From positions 1 to 41,078 of the forward strand of contig CAJORD010000168.1 in assembly GCA_905236605.1 (NCBI GenBank): a DNA stretch of 41,078 nucleotides, in the 5' to 3' direction. The notes beneath the pieces are model-generated. The model had not been told where the DNA came from. It ran no database searches and saw nothing but the letters and a program-made list of their open reading frames with translations. Within the stretch, counting starts at the first letter, position 1; each line of letters starts with the position of its first letter. The DNA comes from an uncultured Synergistales bacterium (lineage in GTDB: Bacteria > Synergistota > Synergistia > Synergistales > Aminobacteriaceae). A program made the position numbers and the translations under genes. Shown piece after piece: positions 27,448-37,398 of the stretch.

Positions 27448-28298
27448 TATTTTATTAAACTCTGAATGCCGTCATCGGCTAAGCCTATTGATTCTAATTT
27501 TTTATATTGGCTTAAAACCGTCGAAAGAATATCTAAATCTAAATTTTCTTTTCGCGATTCGTCGAGAGCCAGCAACATGTCTTTAATAAAATATTTTATT
27601 GAAAATCCCGGCGCGAAATCTCGATCCAAAATTTGAGGCGCTGCCGTGTCAAGTTGTTTACTCGAAGCGCCTCCCGTCGATGCGGCACGCAAAAATTTCG
27701 GGAGGTCAAGCCCTTTCGACTTCGCATAAGCCATTCCTTCGCAAACTCCCGCGATAGTTCCGGCTAAAATTATTTGGTTAGCAAGTTTCGCCTGTTGGCC
27801 CATTCCAGCCTCGCCCATGTAATTAATATTTGTGCCCATTGCTCTGAACAACGGGAGGCAAGACTTATAATCTGCTTCAGCGCCGCCAACCATGATTGAA
27901 AGTCGCGCGTTTTTGGCAGCCAAAACCCCGCCGGTTACAGGCGCATCAAGAAAATGAAGTCCGCGTTTTGAACACTCGTTATTAATCATTTTTGCTAAGC
28001 TCGGACTTGTTGCGGTCATGTCGATTATGTAAGCTCCGGGCATGGCGCTATCCAGAACACCTCCGCTAGCGAAATAAACTTCTTCAACGTCCTTCGGGAT
28101 CCCTAACACGGTGATAATCGTGCTGCATTCTTTGAGGCAGTCGCTGATTGAGCTATAGTATCTCGCGCCGTTGCTGATTACGTCATAGACTTTCATTACG
28201 GATCGCGCGTATATATGAACGTCGAAGCCGAGTTTCACGAGATTTTTTACCATCGGTTTGCCCATCAAGCCCACGCCTATAAAACCTATTTTTTTCAT
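27435..28298 (-). CDS. NAD(P)-dependent oxidoreductase, 3-hydroxyisobutyrate / tartronate-semialdehyde reductase family
   Basis: Rossmann motif IGFIGVGLMGKPM and a 6PGDH-like C-terminal helical domain. Confidence 0.8.
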   Translation of the reverse strand: MKKIGFIGVGLMGKPMVKNLVKLGFDVHIYARSVMKVYDVISNGARYYSSISDCLKECSTIITVLGIPKDVEEVYFASGGVLDSAMPGAYIIDMTATSPSLAKMINNECSKRGLHFLDAPVTGGVLAAKNARLSIMVGGAEADYKSCLPLFRAMGTNINYMGEAGMGQQAKLANQIILAGTIAGVCEGMAYAKSKGLDLPKFLRAASTGGASSKQLDTAAPQILDRDFAPGFSIKYFIKDMLLALDESRKENLDLDILSTVLSQYKKLESIGLADDGIQSLIKYYDK

Positions 28299-28319
28299 GT
28301 GAAAACACCTCAGTTTAAT

Positions 28320-29672
28320 TTAGATTATTTTAAAATGCGTCCGACGACGAATATAAAAATATGCTATCAAAGTTGCGACGCTAGTTATAGCCCACGAAAC
28401 CGGGTAGACGTTCATTAAAATCGCAAAGTCTTTATAAAATGCGAAGACCGTATAAACCCAAATAATTCTCAAGACGCAGCAGCCAAGTAAAATTATCACC
28501 GTCGGCAATGTCGAATAGCCCATGCCGCGCAAAACTCCTCCGGGGACTTCGTAAATATTGCACATCCACAAGAACGCCACCGCGTGCAACATTCTAACTT
28601 CAGCGTAACTCAAAACTTCGGGATTGACAGTGTATAAACTTAAAATTCCCGTTCGCCATATCGCGCATATAGCGCAAGCCGTGCCTGTTGTTGCTAAGCC
28701 TGCCAGCATCGTGAGAGTAAAAACTTTCTTGCAGCGTTCAAAATTTCCCGCGCTGAAGTTCTGTGAAGTGAAAGTTACAGCCGCTTGCGTGAATGCCGCT
28801 ACAAAGTAATAAGTCAGAAAATCAAAATTCAAAGCTGCTGCGCTACCCGCTGAAGCGTATGAGCCGAGCGAGTTAATAGCCGTTTGAATAGTTACGTTTG
28901 AAATCGAAAATAACATTCCTTGAAGTCCCGCCGGCAATCCGATTTTCAAAATTTGAACGGCGTAAACTTTTTTCAAGGTCAGCTCTTTAAAATTTAATTT
29001 GAAAGGCGCCTCTTCGCGAATCAAAAAATAAATTATCATTGACGCACTCACGACATTTGAAATTACCGTGGCAAGTGCAACTCCGACGACACTAAGTTTG
29101 AAGCCAATTACGAAAATTAAATTTAAGATAACGTTCACGACTCCGCCAATCGCTAATGACCATAACGGCCGGTTGCTGTCGCCTTTGCTTCGCAGAATTG
29201 CCGAGCCGAAATTATAAAGCATGATAAACGGCATTCCTAAAAAATAAATTCTGAAATAAACAACGGCCAAGTCGATAATATCCGCGGGCGTGTTCATGAG
29301 CGTCAAAAGCGGGCGCGCGACACTTAACCCCCAAATTAAAAGTAGAACGCTGCTTATCAAAGCTATCGAAATCGAAGTGTGAACAGCGTCGTGAATTTTT
29401 GAAAATTCGTTTTTGCCGATGTACTTCGCCACGACGACATTAGCACCGATTGACAAGCCCACGAACAAATTCACCATTAAATTTATCGCGGCACCGTTGC
29501 TACCGACGGCGGCCATAGCTTGCGGACTGTCGAAGCGTCCTACTACAGCGACGTCAGCAGAATTAAAAAGTTGCTGCAAGACCATACTAAACGCCAATGG
29601 CATCGCAAAAATTAAAATTTTGTCTAATAATGAACCGTGTAGCATGTCGATTTGATGAGATTTATTTTTCAT
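28320..29672 (-). CDS. MATE-family efflux transporter
   Basis: 450 aa, about 12 TM helices. N-terminus LLDKILIFAMPLAFSMVLQQLFNSADVAVVGR is typical of MATE/NorM. Confidence 0.9.
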   Translation of the reverse strand: MKNKSHQIDMLHGSLLDKILIFAMPLAFSMVLQQLFNSADVAVVGRFDSPQAMAAVGSNGAAINLMVNLFVGLSIGANVVVAKYIGKNEFSKIHDAVHTSISIALISSVLLLIWGLSVARPLLTLMNTPADIIDLAVVYFRIYFLGMPFIMLYNFGSAILRSKGDSNRPLWSLAIGGVVNVILNLIFVIGFKLSVVGVALATVISNVVSASMIIYFLIREEAPFKLNFKELTLKKVYAVQILKIGLPAGLQGMLFSISNVTIQTAINSLGSYASAGSAAALNFDFLTYYFVAAFTQAAVTFTSQNFSAGNFERCKKVFTLTMLAGLATTGTACAICAIWRTGILSLYTVNPEVLSYAEVRMLHAVAFLWMCNIYEVPGGVLRGMGYSTLPTVIILLGCCVLRIIWVYTVFAFYKDFAILMNVYPVSWAITSVATLIAYFYIRRRTHFKII

Positions 29673-29792
29673 TTTTTATAATTCCTCATTCCTACTCAAT
29701 CCGAATTAATTTTTTTGTATTATAATCTCTACATTCATAAAATTTTCGACCAATAAAGCCTGTAATTTAAAAATCAAAAGGGGTTTTCCAGA

Positions 29793-30623
29793 TTGAAATT
29801 AATTTTTGTTGATATTGACGGAACATTGACAGTCCCGGGCGAAAATATACCTCCGCATACTGCCGTAGAAGCAATTAATAAAGCAAGAGCCAAAGGTCAT
29901 AAAATTTTTTTATGCACCGGCCGCAATCCTGATATGCTAAAGCCTTTATTAAAATATCAGTTTGACGGTTTTATATCTTGCGGCGGCGGTTATGTAGCTG
30001 TCGGAGAAAAATACGACGAAGTTTTATACGATCACCCAATGACGGACGAGCAGCGCGACACAGCCTTAAATATTCTTCACAAAAATGGCGTCTTCTGCAC
30101 AATCGAAGCTATTACGGGTTCGTGGGGAGATGAGAATCTCGGCGAGTTCTTAAGCTCTCAAGGCGAAGGCAACAGTGAAATCGAACGATGGCGCAAAGCT
30201 CTCTCTTCAAATCTTGGCATCAGACCCATGAGCGAATATGACGGTTCACCGATTTATAAAGTCGTGATTATGTGTCTAAATATGTCGCAACTTGATGAAG
30301 CAATTTCAGCTTTAGGCGACGAATTTAATTTTGTGCTTCAGGAAATCAAAGCCCCGGCCAAGTGCATTAATGGCGAAATCATAAACAAAGAATTTAACAA
30401 GGGACTCGGCGTAAAAATTATTTGCGAAAAATATAATGTCCCGATTGAAGATACTGTAGGCTTCGGCGACAGTATGAACGATTTAGAGATGATACAGACA
30501 GTAGGCTATAGCGTCTGTATGGCAAACGGCTCGGAAAAACTTAAAGAAATTTCCGATATGGTGTGCCCGCCGGTTGAACGCGACGGACTAGCTAAGGCGT
30601 TTGCAAAATTAAATTTAGTTTAA
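29793..30623 (+). CDS. Cof-type HAD-IIB phosphatase (probable sugar-phosphate phosphatase)
   Basis: Motif I FVDIDGTL and motif IV GDSMNDLEM. TTG start. Confidence 0.85.
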   Translation: MKLIFVDIDGTLTVPGENIPPHTAVEAINKARAKGHKIFLCTGRNPDMLKPLLKYQFDGFISCGGGYVAVGEKYDEVLYDHPMTDEQRDTALNILHKNGVFCTIEAITGSWGDENLGEFLSSQGEGNSEIERWRKALSSNLGIRPMSEYDGSPIYKVVIMCLNMSQLDEAISALGDEFNFVLQEIKAPAKCINGEIINKEFNKGLGVKIICEKYNVPIEDTVGFGDSMNDLEMIQTVGYSVCMANGSEKLKEISDMVCPPVERDGLAKAFAKLNLV

Positions 30624-30643
30624 TTTTCAGGAGGTTTTATTAA

Positions 30644-32503
30644 ATGGCATTAGATTACAGGAAATGCGCGGAGGAAATTGTCTCCCACATTGGCGGACGT
30701 GAAAATATCGTCCAAGCAGCTCACTGCGCTACACGTTTGAGGCTCGTCATCAAAGACAACGGCAAAGTAAACAAGGCCGCGCTCGAAAACGTTGACGGCG
30801 TCAAAGGCATGTTCGAGAATAACGGACAGCTTCAATTAATCATCGGCACAGGCACGGTCAACAAAGTTTACGCGGAATTTTTGAGCGTTACGGGCATGAC
30901 CGAAGCCACAAAGGACGACGTTAAAGCCGCAGCCGCTGCGGGTCAGCCGGTCTGGAAAAGAATTTTGAAGGCTATCGGCGATGTTTTTGTTCCGATTTTG
31001 CCGGCTATCGTTGCGTCGGGCCTTATGATGGGCTTTGTCGAAGCGATGGGCAAAGTTTATCCGGAGTTCGCACAGACTTCGTGGTATGACTTCTTAGACA
31101 TGGTAGCAAACACTGCGTTTGCTTACTTGCCTGTTATCGTCGCAATCTCGGCAGCGAGAGTTTTCGGCGGAAACACTTTCTTAGGTGCTGTAATCGGCTT
31201 AGCTATGATCCACTCGAACTTGCTCAACGCGTGGGCAGTCGGAACCGTTGCGCCAAAAGTTTGGGAATTTACGCTTCTTAATTTTGTCGTCCGAGTTATG
31301 AAGGTCGGCTATCAAGGCCACGTTATTCCGGTCATTATTGCGGTGTGGTTGATGTGCACGATTGAGAAGTGGCTACACAAGCACACGCCGGAAATGATCG
31401 ACTTATTCGTAGTTCCGTTCACGACGGTTTTATTAACAACGTTCTTGACGTTCACAATCATTGGGCCGATTTTCTCACAGCTTGAAACGTGGGTACTTGC
31501 CGGCGCGCAAATCCTCGTTAAGAATCCTATCGGCTCGGCTGTAATGGGAGCGATTTATCCGTGGACAGTCGTTATGGGACTTCACCATATGTATAACGTT
31601 ATCGAGGCCGGAATGCTTTCGGTTGAGGGCGGCTTGAACACATGGATGCCTATTGCTTCGGCAGCAAACTTCGCACAGTTCGGCGCGTGCTTAGCGGTCG
31701 GTTTCAAAGCTCGTCAACAGCGCACGAAAGTTGTAGCCATTCCTTCATCACTTTCAGCGGCACTCGGAATTACAGAGCCGGCGATCTTCGGTATTAACTT
31801 AAGATTTTTCAAGCCGATTATAGCGGGCATGATCGGCGGCACAGTCGGAGCGTTCTATGGTGCGTTCTCGGGAATCGGCGCAGCGGCTTACGGTGTTACA
31901 GGAATCCCCGGCTACTTGACGATTCAGCAGCCTGTTCAATATTCAATCTTGCTTGCAATCTCCGGCGGCATTGCGTTTATTCTTTCTTGGATTATGTGGA
32001 AAGAAGAAGAAGCTGAAGCGGCTCCCGCGGAAGTCAAAACCGAAGAACCTGCGCAAGCTATCGAGTTCGGAACCGTAATTTCTTCATCAGCCGGCGAAAT
32101 CGCGCAGTGCACGGCGGGCAAAGTCATTCCTTACACAGAAATCCCTGACCCGACATTCGCAGCCGGAACTTTAGGACAAGGTGTCGGCATTCAGCCCGAA
32201 GATGAATTTGTTTACGCTCCAATCGACGGAGAAATTTCTTCTGTTGCAGAGAGTAAGCACGCAATCGGAATCAGCGGCGAGAACGACATGGAAGTTTTAA
32301 TTCACGTCGGCGTTGATACCGTAGAGATGAAGGGCGACGGCTTTGAAGACTTCGTTAAAGAGGGCGACAAGGTCAAGAAGGGGCAGAAGCTCATGAAGTT
32401 CGACCGCGAAAAAATCAAAGCGGCGGGGCACCCTGATACAGTCGTGTTGCTCCTCACGAACAGTGACGATTATGAAAATGTAAAATTTGGCGAGAATATT
32501 TAA
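30644..32503 (+). CDS. PTS EIIBCA component, glucose superfamily (beta-glucoside/sucrose-type); sugar not assignable
   Basis: EIIB CATRLRL, EIIC GITEPAIFG, EIIA LIHVGVDTV. Confidence 0.9.
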   Translation: MALDYRKCAEEIVSHIGGRENIVQAAHCATRLRLVIKDNGKVNKAALENVDGVKGMFENNGQLQLIIGTGTVNKVYAEFLSVTGMTEATKDDVKAAAAAGQPVWKRILKAIGDVFVPILPAIVASGLMMGFVEAMGKVYPEFAQTSWYDFLDMVANTAFAYLPVIVAISAARVFGGNTFLGAVIGLAMIHSNLLNAWAVGTVAPKVWEFTLLNFVVRVMKVGYQGHVIPVIIAVWLMCTIEKWLHKHTPEMIDLFVVPFTTVLLTTFLTFTIIGPIFSQLETWVLAGAQILVKNPIGSAVMGAIYPWTVVMGLHHMYNVIEAGMLSVEGGLNTWMPIASAANFAQFGACLAVGFKARQQRTKVVAIPSSLSAALGITEPAIFGINLRFFKPIIAGMIGGTVGAFYGAFSGIGAAAYGVTGIPGYLTIQQPVQYSILLAISGGIAFILSWIMWKEEEAEAAPAEVKTEEPAQAIEFGTVISSSAGEIAQCTAGKVIPYTEIPDPTFAAGTLGQGVGIQPEDEFVYAPIDGEISSVAESKHAIGISGENDMEVLIHVGVDTVEMKGDGFEDFVKEGDKVKKGQKLMKFDREKIKAAGHPDTVVLLLTNSDDYENVKFGENI

Positions 32504-32539
32504 TTAATTTTCGTTAAAACTGAATTTTAAGATAAAATT

Positions 32540-32575
32540 TTTCTCGAGGTCTTTCGCGGCTTCGAGAAATTTTTT
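32540..32575 (+). terminator. Rho-independent terminator after the PTS gene
   Basis: TTTCTCGAGG (32540-49) pairs with CTTCGAGAAA (32560-69). A T6 run follows. Confidence 0.55.
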
Positions 32576-32593
32576 AATTAAGGAGTGAGCAAC

Positions 32594-33163
32594 ATGAAAA
32601 AATTTTTTTTGACATTGACATTAATTTTTATTTTTGTGTCAAGCGTTTCAGCTGCAACGAGTGAAGATGTTTATGTCCGCCAAGATGTCTTTGATGCGAA
32701 AATGGAGCTGCTTTTTACGAGGCTCCACAGTGAAATTCAATCGCTCGGGAATGAGATAAAGGGAGAGATGAAACTTCTCGAACAAAGACTCGATGCAAAA
32801 ATAACAGCCGTTGATCAAAGATTAACAACAGTCGAAACTAATCTCAATGAGAAAATAACGTCTCTTAATGATAAAATCACCGCAGTCGAAACTAATCTCA
32901 ATGAAAAAATCGAAGCGGTTGATAAAAACCTTAACGAAAAAATCACTGATGTTGAGAAGAAACTCGAATATAGCATTAATACTTGGGCAACAGTCCTTGG
33001 TTGGGGAATAGGTTGGCTTACGTTGTTGATCACTCTTGTAGCTGCCGCCCCTGTTATAAGGGAATGGGTAAAACTGGAACGCAAGCCGTCTGTAACTCTT
33101 GACGACGTCCGACGCCTCATTGAAGAAAATAACGCTAAACTAAATCTTAACGCTTCGAGATAA
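32594..33163 (+). CDS. Membrane-anchored coiled-coil repeat protein (signal/anchor, LNEKI-type repeats, TM helix, short tail)
   Basis: The ATG at 32594 has AAGGAG 8 nt upstream. Repeats read ...VETNLNEKITSLNDKITAVETNLNEKIEAVDKNLNEKITDVEKKLE. Hydrophobic segment WATVLGWGIGWLTLLITLVAAAPVI. Confidence 0.6.
   Translation: MKKFFLTLTLIFIFVSSVSAATSEDVYVRQDVFDAKMELLFTRLHSEIQSLGNEIKGEMKLLEQRLDAKITAVDQRLTTVETNLNEKITSLNDKITAVETNLNEKIEAVDKNLNEKITDVEKKLEYSINTWATVLGWGIGWLTLLITLVAAAPVIREWVKLERKPSVTLDDVRRLIEENNAKLNLNASR
32829..32910 (+). repeat. 54-nt-period in-frame tandem duplication inside the coiled-coil gene
   Basis: CAGTCGAAACTAATCTCAATGA(G/A)AAAAT occurs at 32829-32856 and 32883-32910, matching at 27 of 28 nt. 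Confidence 0.85.
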
Positions 33164-33170
33164 ACAACAA

Positions 33171-33189
33171 CCCCCTGAATCACAGGGGG
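33171..33189. terminator. Bidirectional terminator hairpin between convergent coiled-coil genes
   Basis: CCCCCTG-AATCA-CAGGGGG, a 7-bp GC-rich stem with T-rich tracts on both strands. Confidence 0.65.
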
Positions 33190-33208
33190 CCTTTTCATAA
33201 TTTTATTT

Positions 33209-34447
33209 TTATTTTCTAAGTCGTCTATCGATTTCTTCAAACTCAAGCCGCATAACTTCACTTTCAAAAATTTTCAGTTCCGGCATCGTTAAGCCGTCAA
33301 TCGAATCGAACAGCCTCAAGCCCGAATGAATAAGCCCGCGCAATTCTCCTGAACTTCTTACGGTTCTGTAAGTGTTTTCAGCGAGGTCGCGATTTAATTT
33401 CATACTCTTGATACTCTTCTGCGTGCTTGCGCGTTGAGAGCTCAATAATTCGCCGTAGAGATTGGCGACTTGTACTGTCATCTCGTTAGATTTTGCATTT
33501 GCTGCGAAAGATTTTCTTTGTTCGACGGTGTAAGCGTTATTATTGCTCTTGGCCATAGCGTCCTTGCGTAAGTTTTGAGCTTCGGCAATGATTAAATTTA
33601 ATTTTGGTTTATATTCGCCGTCGATTTTTTTCACAAGCTCTTCTTGCGTCAAAATTAATAAATCATTCAATACTAAGTACATGCCCGTATAGCGTCTTGT
33701 GATTTCGAGGCTGTTTGTCTCGTTTTGCGAAAGTGCTTCGAGTTTTGCAACAACGGCTTTGACATTTGAAAAAATTATTGTATTCTTCAATAAGTCGTCG
33801 CCGGTAACAGAATTTAATAAAATCTCCGTCTGTGATTCGTCAAGCTCAAGTCCGATCGCCTTCAAAGCGTCCGTTAGTTCGGCATTTATAATTTGAAGTC
33901 TCGCTTCAGAATTTTTAATTTCGTTTTCAAGTTCTGAAATTCTCTTGTCGGCTTTCTCGCGCGTCATCTTCCAGAACATATAAGAACTTTCGGGCGCGTT
34001 GATTCGTCTGTTGCGAAGTGAATCGAGTTCTTCACGCTGCCTCAAAAGATTTTCGCGCAACTCTCCGGCCTCGCGTCGCATATCGCCCGCCTCACCGTTG
34101 ACTAAAATTTTCATAGCCGCGTCGAGAAGTTTATTAATTTTTTGGGCGTTACTCTCTTGATCTTCTTTGAAGGGAATCCAAGATTTTTTTGGAAGACTTT
34201 CGTTTTTGTCGCGCAGTTTCAAAGCGTCGGTTAAATTTCCCGTGAGCGAGTCCCAATCTGAAGCAATCTTAGGCGGCAAAATTTCATCAGACGCTACGCT
34301 ATCATTTTCGTTTTTGTCGAAAAATCCCGAAACATAATCGCTGACTTCTTGCCAGTCAATTTGAAAATAACTCGTCCAATCTGAAGCTGCGGCTGCGCTA
34401 CAAAACATTACAGCCAAAATCAAACCTGCGAAAAATTTTTTCTTCAT
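33209..34447 (-). CDS. Secreted, largely alpha-helical/coiled-coil protein of unknown function
   Basis: Signal peptide MKKKFFAGLILAVMFCSAAAA. Long heptad-like helical segments. I recognise no family motif. Confidence 0.6.
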   Translation of the reverse strand: MKKKFFAGLILAVMFCSAAAASDWTSYFQIDWQEVSDYVSGFFDKNENDSVASDEILPPKIASDWDSLTGNLTDALKLRDKNESLPKKSWIPFKEDQESNAQKINKLLDAAMKILVNGEAGDMRREAGELRENLLRQREELDSLRNRRINAPESSYMFWKMTREKADKRISELENEIKNSEARLQIINAELTDALKAIGLELDESQTEILLNSVTGDDLLKNTIIFSNVKAVVAKLEALSQNETNSLEITRRYTGMYLVLNDLLILTQEELVKKIDGEYKPKLNLIIAEAQNLRKDAMAKSNNNAYTVEQRKSFAANAKSNEMTVQVANLYGELLSSQRASTQKSIKSMKLNRDLAENTYRTVRSSGELRGLIHSGLRLFDSIDGLTMPELKIFESEVMRLEFEEIDRRLRK

Positions 34448-34561
34448 TTTATATCACCGTTCCTCCCTGAATTTTGCGATATATAAATTTCGACTGAATT
34501 TATTAATTTAATTATAATACTTGCAAATTTTGAGGATTTAATGGGGAAGTGAAATTTTAAA

Positions 34562-35653
34562 ATGAAGATTACGATTCTTACCAACGGTCCCGGCGAGTTA
34601 TGGGGGTGGGTTCGTCCGGTTGTTGCTGAATTAAAACAAAGAGGTCATTCGATTTCATTATGGCTCTTGCCTTGCCAATTTGCTTCCGGGCATGAACGTG
34701 ACGCGGCTTCGTTCTTCGGAGTTGATAAACTCGAAGGCCCGTGGGGAACTTTGAGAACGTGGCAAGAAATTATAAACGAAAAAACTGACGCTGTAATTCA
34801 GCTTGGCGGAGATGTCGCGCTCGGTCTTAGAATGGCGAAGGCCGCCGGGGTGCCGCTTACGGTTTACACATATAGAGCCGCGAAAAAAATTCAAGGCGCA
34901 AAAATTTTGGTTGCTTATCCGTCGCAAATTTTTAATGACGTCCCTGACGTGAAGGCAATCGGCGACCTTGTGAAAGATTCTTTGAATATGGACGTCGCGC
35001 CGTTCACGTGGCCCCAAATTGAAAATTCTCCGCGCGTTTTGTTTTTGCCGGGCAACCGTCCTTTAATTCGTGCGGAGGCGTTAGAATGGCTTTGCGAATT
35101 ACATTCACACTTAAAAAATAAAATTCCTGATGTCCGTGTAAAAACTTTATTTTCGCGTCTTATGTCTGAAGCAGAGTTTAAGAAATGGAAAGCCGCCGGA
35201 CTCGATCCAGTACGATGTGGCGCAGGTGTCGCAATGAGAAATGCCGATTACGCTTTCACACAGCCCGGCACAAATAATTTTGAGCTTATGCACTGCGGAC
35301 TACCGGGCCTCGTAGCTGCGCCAGAAAAATTTTTAAAATTCGTTCCAGTTCCGGGAATTTTAGGAATACTTGCAGATTTGCCGTTCGTGGGATTGAAAAT
35401 CAGACGCGCGGGAGCAATGCGGATTATAAATCGTTGGAACGGTTTTATATCGTTGCCAAATCGAACAGCGAACAAAAAAATTCTTAATGAAATTTATGGA
35501 GACGTTACGCCCGAGGACGCAGCAAACGAAATTTTCAAAGATTTGAACGCTCCGGAACGATTAGCTGAAATTCGAGAAGAATTATTAAAAATGTCCGGCG
35601 AAGCGGGCGCGGCTTCGAGATTATGCGATATTGTCGTAAGGGGTGAAGAATAA
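34562..35653 (+). CDS. lpxB: Divergent lipid-A-disaccharide synthase (LpxB/GT19-like)
   Basis: Matches to E. coli LpxB blocks: FLPGNRP (LLPGSRG), FTQPGTNNFELMHCGLP (LASGTAALECMLAKCP), FISLPNRTANKKI (YVSLPNLLAGREL). Coupled to msbA. Confidence 0.6.
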   Translation: MKITILTNGPGELWGWVRPVVAELKQRGHSISLWLLPCQFASGHERDAASFFGVDKLEGPWGTLRTWQEIINEKTDAVIQLGGDVALGLRMAKAAGVPLTVYTYRAAKKIQGAKILVAYPSQIFNDVPDVKAIGDLVKDSLNMDVAPFTWPQIENSPRVLFLPGNRPLIRAEALEWLCELHSHLKNKIPDVRVKTLFSRLMSEAEFKKWKAAGLDPVRCGAGVAMRNADYAFTQPGTNNFELMHCGLPGLVAAPEKFLKFVPVPGILGILADLPFVGLKIRRAGAMRIINRWNGFISLPNRTANKKILNEIYGDVTPEDAANEIFKDLNAPERLAEIREELLKMSGEAGAASRLCDIVVRGEE

Positions 35654-37398
35654 TGGATAAGATAAATAAAAAATCACCGCTTGCGTTTATGTTGAGTTAT
35701 ACAAAAAAATATTGGCTAAAATTATTGCTAGCGATGTTCTTTATGTTGTGTTCGTCGGGCCTGAACGTCTTGCCGCCATACATGTTCAAAACGGTTGTTG
35801 ACGACGTTTTAATTTCAAAAAATTTTTTCATGCTGAATTTAATTTGCGTGGCTCTGGTTTTAATTTTTGGATTAAAGGCCGTTACGACATATTTTCAACG
35901 CTACTTTATGAACGAGGCTGGGCAATCTGTAGTTATGGACATCAGAATAGACCTTTACGACCACATGCAGCGAATGAGCCTCAAAAAAATTTATTCTTCG
36001 CGAATTGGCGAGCTTATGAGCCGGATCACTGATGACTCTGCAATCTTGCAAAATATTGTTACAGGAACGCTTATAGATTTAATGTTTAACCTCGTAACCT
36101 TCGTGGGCATGTTCACGTTCATACTTTATATAAATTGGCGGCTGACATGTTTAATAATTTTCGTGCTGCCGATTGTGGCGTTCCTGCTGTCATTCGCTTC
36201 AAAGAAATTGCGGCGGGCTGGGCACAATGTTCAAGAGCACTTGGCCGACATCACAGCGACTGCTCAAGAGGCGTTCTCAGCGATTAGAGTAGTTCGTTCG
36301 TTCGCGACTGAAGACGAAGAACTAGAAAGATTCACGAAGGCGAGCAAAGAAAATTATCGTGCGTTGCTCCAGGCTGTGTCAGTGCAGGGAATTTTTGCGG
36401 GCGTCATCGAAGTATTTTTGATTTTTGCGTTGTCTGTCGTGTTCTGGTTCGGCGGCCAGAACGTCATAGACGGAACATTAACGCCCGGCGAATTAATTTC
36501 TTTCATTGGTTATATCGCCTTCATGGTTCAGCCGATTCGAAGCATTATGAACGAAATGGGAGTTTTGCAACGCGGAATGGCATCAGCCGAACGCATAACC
36601 GATATGTTTGAAGTCCCGATTGAAAATTCAGAATCCAACGCCGGAACGGTCTATAAAAAAATTTCGGGCAATATAAAATTTGAACACGTCTATTTTAATT
36701 ATGAAGATAATCAGGAAGTTTTAAAAGATATAAATCTGGATATAAAGGCCGGTGAAAAAATTGCAATCGTCGGCTCGACGGGGTCAGGGAAATCCACTAT
36801 CGCCGATTTAATCCCAAGATTTTACGAGCCTGTTTCAGGAAGAATTTTAATCGACGGCCACGACATCAGAGAATTTAATCTCAAAGAGCTTCGTCAACAA
36901 ATTGGAATCGTCCCTCAAGAGTGTGTTTTGATGAAGGGCACAATCGCTTTCAATATTGCTTACGGTCTTCACGACGTTGACATTAAAAAAATTATCGAGG
37001 CTGCAGAAATTGCCGACATTCGAGAATTTATAGAAAGTCTTCCAGATAAATATAATTCTGAAGTCGGAGAACGCGGTGTAACAATCTCGGGCGGTCAGCG
37101 TCAACGAATAGCCATAGCCCGCGCAGTCATTCGAGACCCGCGAATTTTAATTTTAGATGAAGCTACAAGTTCATTAGATACGGCCGTGGAACGTCAAGTT
37201 CAGAAAGCAATTAATCAAGCTATGCGTGGCAGGACGTCATTAATGATAGCTCACAGACTTTCAACAATTCGAGAGGCCGATCGAATTTTAGTTTTACAGG
37301 ACGGGAATTTTATTCAAGCTGGGACCCACGACGAATTAATCAAAACCGGCGGGCTTTACGCTGATTTATGGAGAATGCAATATGGGGACGTTTCTTAA
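35653..37398 (+). CDS. msbA: ABC transporter permease/ATPase, MsbA-like lipid A flippase
   Basis: Six-TM domain plus NBD: Walker A GSTGSGKST, signature ISGGQRQR, Walker B LILDEATS. It lies between the lpxB-like and lpxK genes. Confidence 0.85.
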   Translation: MDKINKKSPLAFMLSYTKKYWLKLLLAMFFMLCSSGLNVLPPYMFKTVVDDVLISKNFFMLNLICVALVLIFGLKAVTTYFQRYFMNEAGQSVVMDIRIDLYDHMQRMSLKKIYSSRIGELMSRITDDSAILQNIVTGTLIDLMFNLVTFVGMFTFILYINWRLTCLIIFVLPIVAFLLSFASKKLRRAGHNVQEHLADITATAQEAFSAIRVVRSFATEDEELERFTKASKENYRALLQAVSVQGIFAGVIEVFLIFALSVVFWFGGQNVIDGTLTPGELISFIGYIAFMVQPIRSIMNEMGVLQRGMASAERITDMFEVPIENSESNAGTVYKKISGNIKFEHVYFNYEDNQEVLKDINLDIKAGEKIAIVGSTGSGKSTIADLIPRFYEPVSGRILIDGHDIREFNLKELRQQIGIVPQECVLMKGTIAFNIAYGLHDVDIKKIIEAAEIADIREFIESLPDKYNSEVGERGVTISGGQRQRIAIARAVIRDPRILILDEATSSLDTAVERQVQKAINQAMRGRTSLMIAHRLSTIREADRILVLQDGNFIQAGTHDELIKTGGLYADLWRMQYGDVS

